Source: Gemmatimonadota bacterium
Lineage (GTDB): Bacteria > Gemmatimonadota > Gemmatimonadetes > Palauibacterales > Palauibacteraceae
Direction of reading: 5' to 3'
DNA: 64,000 bases
Assembly: GCA_965116475.1 (NCBI GenBank)
Contig: OZ220691.1
Coordinates: 3,296,001-3,360,000, forward strand
Of this stretch, positions 32,574 to 41,406 are shown piece by piece; the first letter of the stretch is position 1; every line of letters begins with the position of its first letter. The position numbers and the translations under genes are program-made. A model generated the notes under the pieces. That model did no database searches. It was not told the DNA's origin and saw only the letters and a program-made list of their open reading frames with translations.

Positions 32574-32606
32574 TCGATATATCGAAATACTATCCGATAT
32601 ATCGGA
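32574..32606. promoter_or_regulatory. Tandem palindromic operator (CGATATATCG x2), probable PadR site
   Basis: TCGATATATCGA 32574-32585 and TCCGATATATCGGA 32593-32606, just upstream of PadR start. Confidence 0.8.
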
Positions 32607-32647
32607 ACGATGCAAGGGGAAGACGCGCGAGGACGGGCGTACGACGG

Positions 32648-32677
32648 GGTCAGCTTGTGGCGGTCAGCTTGTGGCGG
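32648..32677. repeat. 14-bp tandem duplication over the VOC gene stop codon
   Basis: GGTCAGCTTGTGGC x2. Confidence 0.85.
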
Positions 32678-33401
32678 AAGGGGGCTCCCAAAGCTCGACC
32701 CAGGCTCCGAGCGGGTCGAGGATCCAGGCGAACTTCCCGTACTCGTACGCTTCCCGCTTCGGGTCGACCCAGACGCCCCGCGCCTCCAGCGACTCGACGA
32801 GTGCGTCGAGGCTCCTGACCCGCAGGTTGAGCATGAAGGGGTGGGGACTGCTCTCGCCCCGCGAATCGAAGTAGGTCGAATCCGCCGGAAAGACCTCCCA
32901 CACCGTGAGGGTCTCCGAATCGTCCACCGTGCGGGCCGGAAAGGTCACGTAACCGTCGGCGCCCGGCCGGATCCCGACCTTCTCGTACCACGCCTTGCTG
33001 GCGCCCGGGTCGGGGGAACGGAAGAAGACGCCCCCGATGCCCTCGACGGCACGGTGATCGGCCGCTGGCTCGGCGGAGGGCGTCAACTCCGCGAATTCCG
33101 CCTTCCATCCGTCGGGGTCCAGGATCCAGTCGCGCCCCTCGAGCGGATCGGCCCCCGGGTCGCGGTCGCGCACGAGGTAACGGATCACGAACGGCTGCGA
33201 GCCGGGCTCGAAGCGGGCCGAGGCCTCATCGAGAAAATCGAGTTCGCTGGCGGCGACGGTTCCGCTGTCGGGGTGCGTCCACGCGAACCGGGCGCCGCCC
33301 TCATCGGGGAAGCGGAGGTCGAGGTGGCGGCGGTACCAGTCGCGGACCCGGCCGGGCTCGGAGCAGGCGACGTAGAGCCCGCCGATGCCGGCGACGTTCA
33401 T
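32664..33401 (-). CDS. Two-domain VOC/glyoxalase family protein
   Basis: Repeated GIGG(L/V)..; FMLNLRVRSLD, EYGKFAWILDPLGAWVELWEP. Confidence 0.88.
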   Translation of the reverse strand: MNVAGIGGLYVACSEPGRVRDWYRRHLDLRFPDEGGARFAWTHPDSGTVAASELDFLDEASARFEPGSQPFVIRYLVRDRDPGADPLEGRDWILDPDGWKAEFAELTPSAEPAADHRAVEGIGGVFFRSPDPGASKAWYEKVGIRPGADGYVTFPARTVDDSETLTVWEVFPADSTYFDSRGESSPHPFMLNLRVRSLDALVESLEARGVWVDPKREAYEYGKFAWILDPLGAWVELWEPPSATS

Positions 33402-34177
33402 CCGCCGTCGCGGTGGAAGTGGTGTACGCTCCCCTGGGATTTCCCGAACACGACGACGTCGGCCAGGTTGACGTGGGGCGGGGCGTTCACGACGTAGGAC
33501 ACGACCTCGGCGACATCCGCCGGAGTGAGCGGCTCGACCCCCTCGTACACGGCGCGCGCCCGGTCCTCGTCGCCCTTGAAACGCACGAGCGAGAACTCCG
33601 TCTCGACGAGCCCGGGGTGGACGCCCGACACGCGGACGCCGGTGCCGAGGACATCGAGGTTCGTCCCCTCGGTGATCGCCTGCACGGCGTACTTCGTGGC
33701 GGCGTAGACGCTCCCGCCGGGATAGACCTGTCGCCCCGTGATGCTGCCGATGTTGACGACCTGTCCCGAGTCGCGTTCGACCATGGCGGGGAGGAAGGCG
33801 CGCGTCACGTAGAGGAGCCCCTTCACGTTCGTGTCGATCATCCGGTCCCAGTCGTCGACCTCGGCGTCGTGCACGAGCGCCATGCCCGCGGCGAGGCCGG
33901 CGTTGTTGACGAGGATGTCGGGGGCTCCGAGCCGGGCGGCGAGCCCTTCCGCCGCGCCCCGGACCGCGTCACGGTCGCGGATGTCGACGACGCCGGTGTC
34001 CACCGCGACCCCGCTCCCCGCCGCGATCTCTTCCGCGAGGCGGGTGAGCCGCTCCTCCCGGCGCGCCCAGAGCACGAGGTTCGCGCCGTCGGCGGCCAGG
34101 CGGCGGGCGATGGCCTCGCCGATCCCCGAACTCGCCCCCGTGACGAGCGCACGCTGTCCCGCGATGCGGGCGGTCAC
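33398..34177 (-). CDS. Short-chain dehydrogenase (YdfG-like)
   Basis: TGASSGIG, NNAG, YAATK, PGLVETEFS. Confidence 0.92.
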   Translation of the reverse strand: MTARIAGQRALVTGASSGIGEAIARRLAADGANLVLWARREERLTRLAEEIAAGSGVAVDTGVVDIRDRDAVRGAAEGLAARLGAPDILVNNAGLAAGMALVHDAEVDDWDRMIDTNVKGLLYVTRAFLPAMVERDSGQVVNIGSITGRQVYPGGSVYAATKYAVQAITEGTNLDVLGTGVRVSGVHPGLVETEFSLVRFKGDEDRARAVYEGVEPLTPADVAEVVSYVVNAPPHVNLADVVVFGKSQGSVHHFHRDGG

Positions 34178-36300
34178 GGCTTCGCGCCGCCCGCGGCCGG
34201 AGCCCGTCGCAGGTGTGCGTCCATGAACTCGGCGGACCGCTCGAAGGCGGTGACCCAGTTCCGGTGCAGGAGGAAGCCGTGGACCTCGTCCGGGAAGACG
34301 AGCTGCTCGACCTCGACGCCCCGCTTCCGAAGCGACTCGATCAGGTCCACGGACTCCGAGAACGGCACGTTGCGGTCGTCGTCGCCATGGATCAGCAGCA
34401 CCGGGGAACGCCAGCCGTCGATCCACGCCATCGGCGAGGACTCGAACGCGAGCCGGGCGAAGGCCTCGCGCGTCTCCGGCTGGTAGGACGGGACGAAATT
34501 CCGGATGACCATGTTCCAGTCGTGGACGCCGTGGATATCCACGCCCGCGGCGAAGAGATCCGAATTCCGCGCGAGGCCGAGCGCCGTGAGGAAGCCGCCG
34601 TATGAGCCGCCCCACAGCCCGACCCGGGAGGCGTCCACGTCGTCCCGCTCCGCGAGGAAGCGGGCCGCGGCGACGACGTCACGGTACTCGCTCGCGCCCC
34701 GGGCGCCGTAGTTCAGCGCCTCCCTGAACTCCAGCCCGTAGCCGGTGCCGCTGCGATAGTTCACGGAGAGCACGACGTAGCCGCGGCTCGCCAGGTACTG
34801 GTTGAGGGCGTACGCGTTGTGGTAGTAGCGCATGTAGTGCCAGCCGAGGAGCATCTGCCGCCGCGACCCGCCGTGGAAGAAGACCGCCGCCGGGTGGCGT
34901 CCGCCCTCCACCGACAGGGGCGGAAGGAAGAGTTGCCCATGGATCAGGATCCCATCCTCGGACTCGAACGTCACCTGCCGCGGCTCCACGAGGCTTTCGA
35001 ACGGGAAGGCGTCGGGCATGAACCCGTCGACCAGCGGACGCCGCTCTCCCCCTGCGTCCAACTCGGCGTGGGCCGGCGTGCGACCGTCGGTGGCGAGGTA
35101 GGCGAGCGCCCCGTCGGGAGTGACCGCGGGGTTCCACTCGATGCCGTTCCCCGATGTCAGCGCCTCGGGCTCGCCATCGGCCGTGACCCGCCAGACGTGC
35201 CGGCGATCGATGTCGTCCGCATTCGAGACGTAGTAGACGGACGCCCCATCCGGCGCCGGGAGCACGGACTCGACTTCGAACTCTCCCGGCGTGAGGTGCG
35301 TGGCGGCGCCTCCCGCGACGGGAACGGAATAGAGCTGGTGCCAGCCTTCGCGTTCCCACGGAAATACGAGCCGGTCCGACGCGAGCCAGATCAGCGAGGG
35401 TCCGGTCATGGCCTGGAAGGCGCTCCCGCGGCCGGGCGCAGCCCGCCACACCTCCCGCGCCTCCCCGGTGGCGGCATCCGCGAGCCGGATCGACCACGGC
35501 AGGGCGCTGCGGAGCGGCGTGAAGGGCAGCTGCGCCCCCTCGTTGGGGACGCGGATGAACGCGAGGGCCGTCCCGTCCGGCGACCATGTGGGGCTGCCGT
35601 CGCGATCCAGGCTCGGATCGAGGTAGCGGACCTCCCCCTCGTCCAGCGAGAAGACGCCCACGAAGGTGTGATCTCCGCGGTTGCTGACGAAGGCGAGCCG
35701 GCCCCCGTCCGGGGACCACGCCAGCGACCCCGCGCTCCCGCGGATGCGGAGCAGCGGACCGGGGGGCGCCGAGCCATCGAGCGTGAGCGTGAAGATCTGA
35801 CCGCGGTTCAGAAAGGCGATCGTGCGTCCGTCCGGAGAGATGGCCGGGGAACCCCCCTCGGCGAGAGGCCGCGAGGCGCCGTCGAGCCCCGCGACCCACA
35901 CCATCTGCGTCGCCGGCTCGGGGTCGGAGCGCGGGTTCGGAATCTCGCCCGCCCGGTTCGGCCCGCCTCCGCGCACGAAGAGAACCTGACGGCCGTCGGG
36001 CGTGAACCGCAGCTGGGACAGGTCCTGGCCGTCGTCCTCGGTCCAGTTGGTGAGCTGGCGGCCCACGTACTCCGGGCCCTCGGCGATCCAGATGTTGCGG
36101 ACGCCCCGATCGTACCGAACCCAGGCGAACGCGGCGCCGGTCGGGGCGGCGATCAGGTCCGTGGCGAAAGGCGCGGAGAGGATGTCTTCGACCGAATACG
36201 GGCTCTGCGCCGAGGCCGCGGCCGGAGCGAGGGGGGCGAGGAGCCCCAGGAGGCCGGCCGCCCACATCCGTCCGCGCCCCGCCACGGCCGGCGGGCTCAC
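34174..36300 (-). CDS. Secreted S9 family peptidase with beta-propeller
   Basis: Signal peptide, SPDG repeats, GGSYGG, HGDDDRNV, DEVHGF. Confidence 0.92.
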   Translation of the reverse strand: MSPPAVAGRGRMWAAGLLGLLAPLAPAAASAQSPYSVEDILSAPFATDLIAAPTGAAFAWVRYDRGVRNIWIAEGPEYVGRQLTNWTEDDGQDLSQLRFTPDGRQVLFVRGGGPNRAGEIPNPRSDPEPATQMVWVAGLDGASRPLAEGGSPAISPDGRTIAFLNRGQIFTLTLDGSAPPGPLLRIRGSAGSLAWSPDGGRLAFVSNRGDHTFVGVFSLDEGEVRYLDPSLDRDGSPTWSPDGTALAFIRVPNEGAQLPFTPLRSALPWSIRLADAATGEAREVWRAAPGRGSAFQAMTGPSLIWLASDRLVFPWEREGWHQLYSVPVAGGAATHLTPGEFEVESVLPAPDGASVYYVSNADDIDRRHVWRVTADGEPEALTSGNGIEWNPAVTPDGALAYLATDGRTPAHAELDAGGERRPLVDGFMPDAFPFESLVEPRQVTFESEDGILIHGQLFLPPLSVEGGRHPAAVFFHGGSRRQMLLGWHYMRYYHNAYALNQYLASRGYVVLSVNYRSGTGYGLEFREALNYGARGASEYRDVVAAARFLAERDDVDASRVGLWGGSYGGFLTALGLARNSDLFAAGVDIHGVHDWNMVIRNFVPSYQPETREAFARLAFESSPMAWIDGWRSPVLLIHGDDDRNVPFSESVDLIESLRKRGVEVEQLVFPDEVHGFLLHRNWVTAFERSAEFMDAHLRRAPAAGGAKP

Positions 36301-36301
36301 G

Positions 36302-37117
36302 TCACCGGTTCCGGCGCAGTACATAGAAGCACCGGTTCGCCGAGGGATTTCTGACAAGGCTCTCCACCGCATATCCCCTCCTGAGATAGGCCAGGAACGC
36401 GTCCCGCACCGTTTCGCGCCACCGTACGAGCGACCCGTCGGGCGGCAGCGATTCGACATCCGCCGGAACTTCGACGAAGACCTCGTCGCCCCCGGGCAGT
36501 CCGCCGTCCGCCGCGCCGTGTCCTCCCGGCCGGGGCACGACACGCGCCGGCTCCGGAAGCGGCGCGTGGAGCCGGCGGGCCGAGCGCCGGGGCCCCGCGT
36601 CGAGGGCCCGGCGGGTCTCCGGGCCGTCGAGATCCCAGCGCACGATGAAGCGGTCGGTTTCGCCGCCGCCATGCAAGGGGCTCCCCGTATCGGCGCCGTA
36701 CATGTTCGGTGCGTAGCGAAGCACCGTCGCGCCGAGCCGGTTCAGGTTCAAGTGCGCGTTGCGCGCCACCATCGGGTCGAACGTCCAGAAGATGGTGCGG
36801 ATGCCGCCGGACCGGACAGACTCCCGCTGGAAGAGTTTCAGGTCGCGGCCCAGGCCCCGTCCGCGCGCGGAGGGTTCGACCGCCAGCATGTGGGACCAGT
36901 GAGACGGGATGCCCTCGAACCGCCCGAGAAGGGAATAGACGAAGCCGATCATGCGCCCATCCTCGAAGGCCCCCCCGGTGAAGCCGCCGATCTTCCGCGA
37001 GACCTGGAGGACGGAAGCGGGAACGATGTCGGAGAACCCTTTCCCCCACGTCATCTCCTGGAGCCGTACGCACGTGCGCCACTCGTCGAGCGTCTCGAGG
37101 GCGCGAAACGCCATCAC
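36302..37117 (-). CDS. GNAT acyltransferase, probable D-amino-acid N-succinyltransferase
   Basis: WSHMLAV, RGRGLG..LK, WTFDP, NAHLNLNRLG, TDRF; coupled to NSAR/OSBS. Confidence 0.82.
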   Translation of the reverse strand: MMAFRALETLDEWRTCVRLQEMTWGKGFSDIVPASVLQVSRKIGGFTGGAFEDGRMIGFVYSLLGRFEGIPSHWSHMLAVEPSARGRGLGRDLKLFQRESVRSGGIRTIFWTFDPMVARNAHLNLNRLGATVLRYAPNMYGADTGSPLHGGGETDRFIVRWDLDGPETRRALDAGPRRSARRLHAPLPEPARVVPRPGGHGAADGGLPGGDEVFVEVPADVESLPPDGSLVRWRETVRDAFLAYLRRGYAVESLVRNPSANRCFYVLRRNR

Positions 37118-38271
37118 GCCGGGACGCGGGCGTCACCGGCGGCGACCGTCTCGCTCCGCCGCGTGAGCGCCTCCACGCGCTCGATGTCCACCTCCACGCC
37201 CAGCCCCGGCCGGTCGCGCGGTACCGTCACCAGGCCGTCCGCGCTCATCGTCCACTCGGGAGTGACGATGTCGCGTTCCCAGTAGCGGGCGCTCGGCGAC
37301 AGGTCGCCGGGAAGCCGGAAGTTCGGCATCGAAGCCAGCGCGACGTTGTAGGCCCGCCCGATCCCGCTCTCGAGCATCCCCCCGCACCACACCGGCACCC
37401 CGGCCCGCGCCGAGATGTCGTGGATCTCGCGGGAGTTCCGGAACCCGCCGACCCGGCCCGGCTTGATGTTCACGATCCGCCCGCTGCCGAGCGCCAGCAT
37501 GTCCTCGCACGACGCCGGGTCCACGATCGACTCGTCAAGGCAGACGGGGGTGGCGAGCCGCTCCTGGAGCCGGGCGTGGCGCACGAGGTCGCCCGCCGCC
37601 AGCGGCTGCTCGATCATGATGAGACCGAACGCGTCGAGTTCCGCGAGGCGGTCCGCGTCTTCCAGCGTGTAGGCCGCGTTCGCGTCGACCGCGAGCGCCC
37701 GGTCGGGCCCGAGCGCCTCGCGCACCGCCGCGACGTACTCGACGTCCTTTGCGGGGCTGATCTTGAGCTTGATCTTGCCGTAACCCTGCTCGACCGCCTG
37801 CCGCGCCTTCTCGACGAGCGCGGCGGGCGAGGGCTGGAGGCCGAGGGAGATGCCTGTCGCCACGCGGTCGCGCGTCCCTCCGACGAGTTCGGACAGGGAG
37901 ATGCCGCCGACCTCGGCGCTCAGGCCCCAGATCCCCATCTCGATCGCGGCCTTGGCCATGGGGTGACCCTGAACGCCCTCATCCAGCAGCGGCCTCACGG
38001 CCCCCGGGCTCTCGATCGTGCGCCCCAGCACCCGCGGCAGGAGCCAGCGCCGCAGCGCCAGCCGCGCCGTGTCCACGGTCTCGGGAGAATAGTTCGGCTG
38101 CTCCCCGCACACGCACTCCGACCAGGCCGTGGCGCCGCTCTCGTCGCGGAGTTCGAGGAGGAGGATCCGGCGATTCTCGACCCATCCGGATGAGATGATG
38201 AACCGCTCCCGGAGCGGAAGTTCGATCTCCCGAAGCGTCACTTCGACCAGGTTCAGGGGGCTTGTCGGCAA
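37114..38271 (-). CDS. menC: NSAR/OSBS family enolase-superfamily enzyme (N-succinylamino acid racemase / o-succinylbenzoate synthase)
   Basis: KLKI, DANAAY, IEQP, LDES, NIKPGRVGG, WCGGMLESGIGRA; start uncertain. Confidence 0.9.
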   Translation of the reverse strand: MPTSPLNLVEVTLREIELPLRERFIISSGWVENRRILLLELRDESGATAWSECVCGEQPNYSPETVDTARLALRRWLLPRVLGRTIESPGAVRPLLDEGVQGHPMAKAAIEMGIWGLSAEVGGISLSELVGGTRDRVATGISLGLQPSPAALVEKARQAVEQGYGKIKLKISPAKDVEYVAAVREALGPDRALAVDANAAYTLEDADRLAELDAFGLIMIEQPLAAGDLVRHARLQERLATPVCLDESIVDPASCEDMLALGSGRIVNIKPGRVGGFRNSREIHDISARAGVPVWCGGMLESGIGRAYNVALASMPNFRLPGDLSPSARYWERDIVTPEWTMSADGLVTVPRDRPGLGVEVDIERVEALTRRSETVAAGDARVPA

Positions 38272-38376
38272 GGCGTTCGTCTCCGCGCGGCAGGGGAGGC
38301 GGGACGTTAGCCGTTGCGACACCGGTCGCGCCAGAATCCGGGCCGGGCGCGACCGGTCGAACCGGGAGGCGCCCGG

Positions 38377-41175
38377 TCAGATGGAGAGGTAGTGGCTCAC
38401 CTTGACGATGAAGACGTTCTCCGCCGGCGCCATCCACAGCCCCTCGAGATCCCGGTTGAGATCGAAGTTGCCGAGCAGCACGCTCTCCCGGCGCGCGTGC
38501 TGCCACACGAGGAAGAGTTCGGAACCCGGGCGATATTCCCAGCGGAACACCGCGTTGCCTCGCAGCGAGCGGATGTTGAAATCGCGATCCCGGGTCGAGT
38601 AGTCCAGTTCGCCGTCGCCGTTGAAGTCGAAGTAGCGTACGCCGTCGAAGGCGCACGTCGCTCCGTCCGTGCATCCGGTGACGACGCCGTCGAAGCGGTA
38701 GGCCCGCCCTTCGGCATAGTCCACGAAATCGAACGTCCCGGCGGCCGCGAGTTGCCGGTAGCCCCGGTAGTCGCCCGACGTGAGCAGCGGCTGCGCGTAG
38801 AGCTGCAGGCTGAGATCGGGCGTGAACGACACGTTGAGGCGCGTTTCCATCGAGAACCCGGTCCGCTGGAGATCGCCGAACAGGTACCGGTCGCCGTACG
38901 TCGGCGCGTACGCCAGCGCGGTCGACCGGGTCACGTACTGGGCTCCGTCCCGCCTGTCGTTGTAGTTGGGACTCAGCGACACCCGCCAGTTCGGAAGCGG
39001 ACGGTAGGAGATGTTCACGCCCGTGCTCATGTCGTGACCGCGCCCCTGCGCCGCGACCCGGTACGAGAAACGCGGCGACACGTGGAACGACCGGCTCCGG
39101 TCCGTGTTCGCGTCCACCCGGACATTGAACTCCGCGGGCTCGGTCATGAGCGGGCCGCCGCGGGTCTGCGTATCGGACTGGGATTCCGGCGAGTACGAGA
39201 AGTTGAGGTTGAAGGCCCAGTTGTTGAGGAAGGTGAACCGGCCGCTCATCCACGCGGCGCCCGTGTCGTAGGAGCGGCGCAGGTGGTCCGGCCCCCACTC
39301 CTTCTCGAGCAGCGAATGACGGAAGTTGTGGTAGGTGAAGAGGCTGATGTTGTAGTTGCGGAAAAGGCTGCCCGGTCTGATCTCCCGGTACCCAATGCGA
39401 CCTCCCACGTCGAGCCGTTCACCGGTGGTCAGGAAGCCGAAGTCGTTGACCTCGAAGCCGGGGGTCTGCTGGCCCGCCCAGGTGCCCCACGTCCAGTGTT
39501 CGCCCTCCTTCTCGAGCTGCACCCGCCAGTCGCTCCCGAACATGGAGGTGGCCGTGGAGTCGACGGCCAGGTACGTGGCGTCGGGGCGCTGGAAATAGTG
39601 GGTCGGATTGCGTTGCAGCCGCATGAGCGCATCGCTCGAACCCTGGACCAGGCTGCCCGAGTAGAACCCCCACAGGCGGTAGTCGCGGCCGCGGCGTCCG
39701 CCCCACTGGTGCTCGAAATCGAGGCCGAAACTGAACGCCTCCGAGGGGAGGAAGTCGAACGATCCGTCGCCCGGCAGTTCCCGCTTCAGCCCGGTGCCGA
39801 TGACGCCGACCTTGCTCGCGCCGCCGCGGAAGTCCTGCTGGAGCCTCACGACCGCATGCTCCGCCTGGGGCTCGGCGACGAACCGTCCGAGGGAATCCGC
39901 CTGCGAAAAATACGCCTGCCCCATCTCCTGTCCGGTGACGGCCGCCAGCGCCCCGACGGAGAGACCGCTCTGCGTCCGGCCGGTGAGCTTCGCCGCCCCC
40001 AGGATCGACGTCAGGTGGGGTTCGGCGTGAAAGTCCGCGTCGTAGGGTCCGGATCCCCGCGGTTCCCGCCCGATCCGGCGACTGAAGAAGAGCGCCTTCC
40101 CACCGCCGAAGCGGCCGCCGCGCGAGCCGGCGAAGGTGAAGATCTGCGCGTCGCGCACGAAGAAGGGGCGCTTCTCCGGGAAGAAGGTCTCGAACGCCGT
40201 CAGGTTGATGACCTCCGGGTCTACCTCGACCTGGCCGAAGTCGGGGTAGATCGTCGCATCGAGGCTGAACGCGGAGCCGATCCCCATGCTCATGTCGAGG
40301 CCGCCGCGGGGCTCCATCTCGGTGCCGTCGAACAGCGGGTTCCCCGGCGTCGCGGGCGCCGTGTGATACTGGGACACGGCGAAGGGCCGGACCTCGAACC
40401 TCCGGCTCGACCGCGGGAGCTGCAGCCCGTCGATCGTGCCGAACTGGCTGACCCGCCCCCGGGCCGTGCGCGACTGCAGCGCGAAGTAGTCCGTCTCGTT
40501 CGTCTCGAGCCGCCGGCGCTCGAAGTTGATGCCCCAGGTCTGCATGCCGGGGCGCGCTTCGTAGCGGATCTGGGAGAGCGGGATCCGCATCTCCACCGTC
40601 CACCCCCGGTCGTCGACCTGCACGGCGGAGTCCCAGATCGCGTCCCAGTTCGTGTCTTCCTGGGTATCGCCGAACAGGTACCGGTCCGTCTCCGCCCCCG
40701 CGGCGCTGACCTCGAACTCGTAGCCGGTCAGCCCGTCCCGGTTGGGATCGAGCGAGAGCTTGAAGGAATCGAAGGAACCGCGTTCATCCCGGCGGGTGAG
40801 GCGCGCCCGGATCACACCCGGGTCGCTCTCGTACATGCGGGCGGCGACATATATCGCGCCGTCGTCGAACACGACCCGCACCTCGGTCGGTTCGGAGGGC
40901 TCGGCGCCCTCCAGCGGCACGCCCTGGACGAAGTCGGTGATGATGGGGGCCGGCTGCCACGCCGGGTCGTCGAGCCGGCCGTCGATCGAGAGCGCGCCCT
41001 CTCGGCGCACCGCGTCCACGGCCGCCGGCGCCACGCCGCCCCGGAAGACGGTCGCCGCGGGTCCTTCGGGCGGCGAGAGCCCCTCCTGTTGCCCGTGAAG
41101 CCCCCACCCCGTCCCGCTTATCGCAAGAGCCGCGAGGGCGATCGCCGCGCGGCCCGCTCCATGTCTGAATCTCAT
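38377..41175 (-). CDS. CBM9-like / DUF5916 outer-membrane protein
   Basis: Signal peptide, IDGRLDD, PDFGQVEVD, FPEKRPFF, FFSRRIG, FRWEYRPGS, beta-signal-like C-terminus. Confidence 0.88.
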   Translation of the reverse strand: MRFRHGAGRAAIALAALAISGTGWGLHGQQEGLSPPEGPAATVFRGGVAPAAVDAVRREGALSIDGRLDDPAWQPAPIITDFVQGVPLEGAEPSEPTEVRVVFDDGAIYVAARMYESDPGVIRARLTRRDERGSFDSFKLSLDPNRDGLTGYEFEVSAAGAETDRYLFGDTQEDTNWDAIWDSAVQVDDRGWTVEMRIPLSQIRYEARPGMQTWGINFERRRLETNETDYFALQSRTARGRVSQFGTIDGLQLPRSSRRFEVRPFAVSQYHTAPATPGNPLFDGTEMEPRGGLDMSMGIGSAFSLDATIYPDFGQVEVDPEVINLTAFETFFPEKRPFFVRDAQIFTFAGSRGGRFGGGKALFFSRRIGREPRGSGPYDADFHAEPHLTSILGAAKLTGRTQSGLSVGALAAVTGQEMGQAYFSQADSLGRFVAEPQAEHAVVRLQQDFRGGASKVGVIGTGLKRELPGDGSFDFLPSEAFSFGLDFEHQWGGRRGRDYRLWGFYSGSLVQGSSDALMRLQRNPTHYFQRPDATYLAVDSTATSMFGSDWRVQLEKEGEHWTWGTWAGQQTPGFEVNDFGFLTTGERLDVGGRIGYREIRPGSLFRNYNISLFTYHNFRHSLLEKEWGPDHLRRSYDTGAAWMSGRFTFLNNWAFNLNFSYSPESQSDTQTRGGPLMTEPAEFNVRVDANTDRSRSFHVSPRFSYRVAAQGRGHDMSTGVNISYRPLPNWRVSLSPNYNDRRDGAQYVTRSTALAYAPTYGDRYLFGDLQRTGFSMETRLNVSFTPDLSLQLYAQPLLTSGDYRGYRQLAAAGTFDFVDYAEGRAYRFDGVVTGCTDGATCAFDGVRYFDFNGDGELDYSTRDRDFNIRSLRGNAVFRWEYRPGSELFLVWQHARRESVLLGNFDLNRDLEGLWMAPAENVFIVKVSHYLSI

Positions 41176-41299
41176 ACCAGCCGAAACACGTCCCGCCGTC
41201 CTGTTGTTTAAGCCCGCGCGTCAGCCCGCGCGAAGCTTGCGCGCGCAAAGTTTCCCATCCGCGGCGCGCGCGCTAGTTTTGCTCCGCCGGCGTGGGCCG

Positions 41300-41353
41300 G
41301 ACGTGGTGATTTGAGGCGGATTGCAACCACGTAAAACAATCGCTAAAGAGCCA
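41300..41353 (+). ncRNA. SAM-II (SAM-alpha) riboswitch aptamer
   Basis: CGTGGTGATTTG...TTGCAACCACGTAAAACAATCGCTAAAG matches SAM-II consensus; P1 ACGTGGT/ACCACGT; pseudoknot GATTG/CAATC; directly upstream of metH. Confidence 0.9.
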
Positions 41354-41354
41354 C

Positions 41355-41393
41355 GCCCCGGGCGCGACTCTTTGGCGACCGGGGTCTTTTTTT
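41355..41393 (+). terminator. Intrinsic terminator in the riboswitch expression platform
   Basis: GCCCCGG/CCGGGGT stem extended by CGC/GCG, then 7 T. Confidence 0.8.
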
Positions 41394-41406
41394 CGGGGTG
41401 AACGCC

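Noticed and set aside
37114..38271. Menaquinone biosynthesis operon
   Set aside because: No other men genes; GNAT coupling favours racemase role
41211..41232. AGCCCGCGCG direct repeat
   Set aside because: Short GC-rich word, plausible by chance
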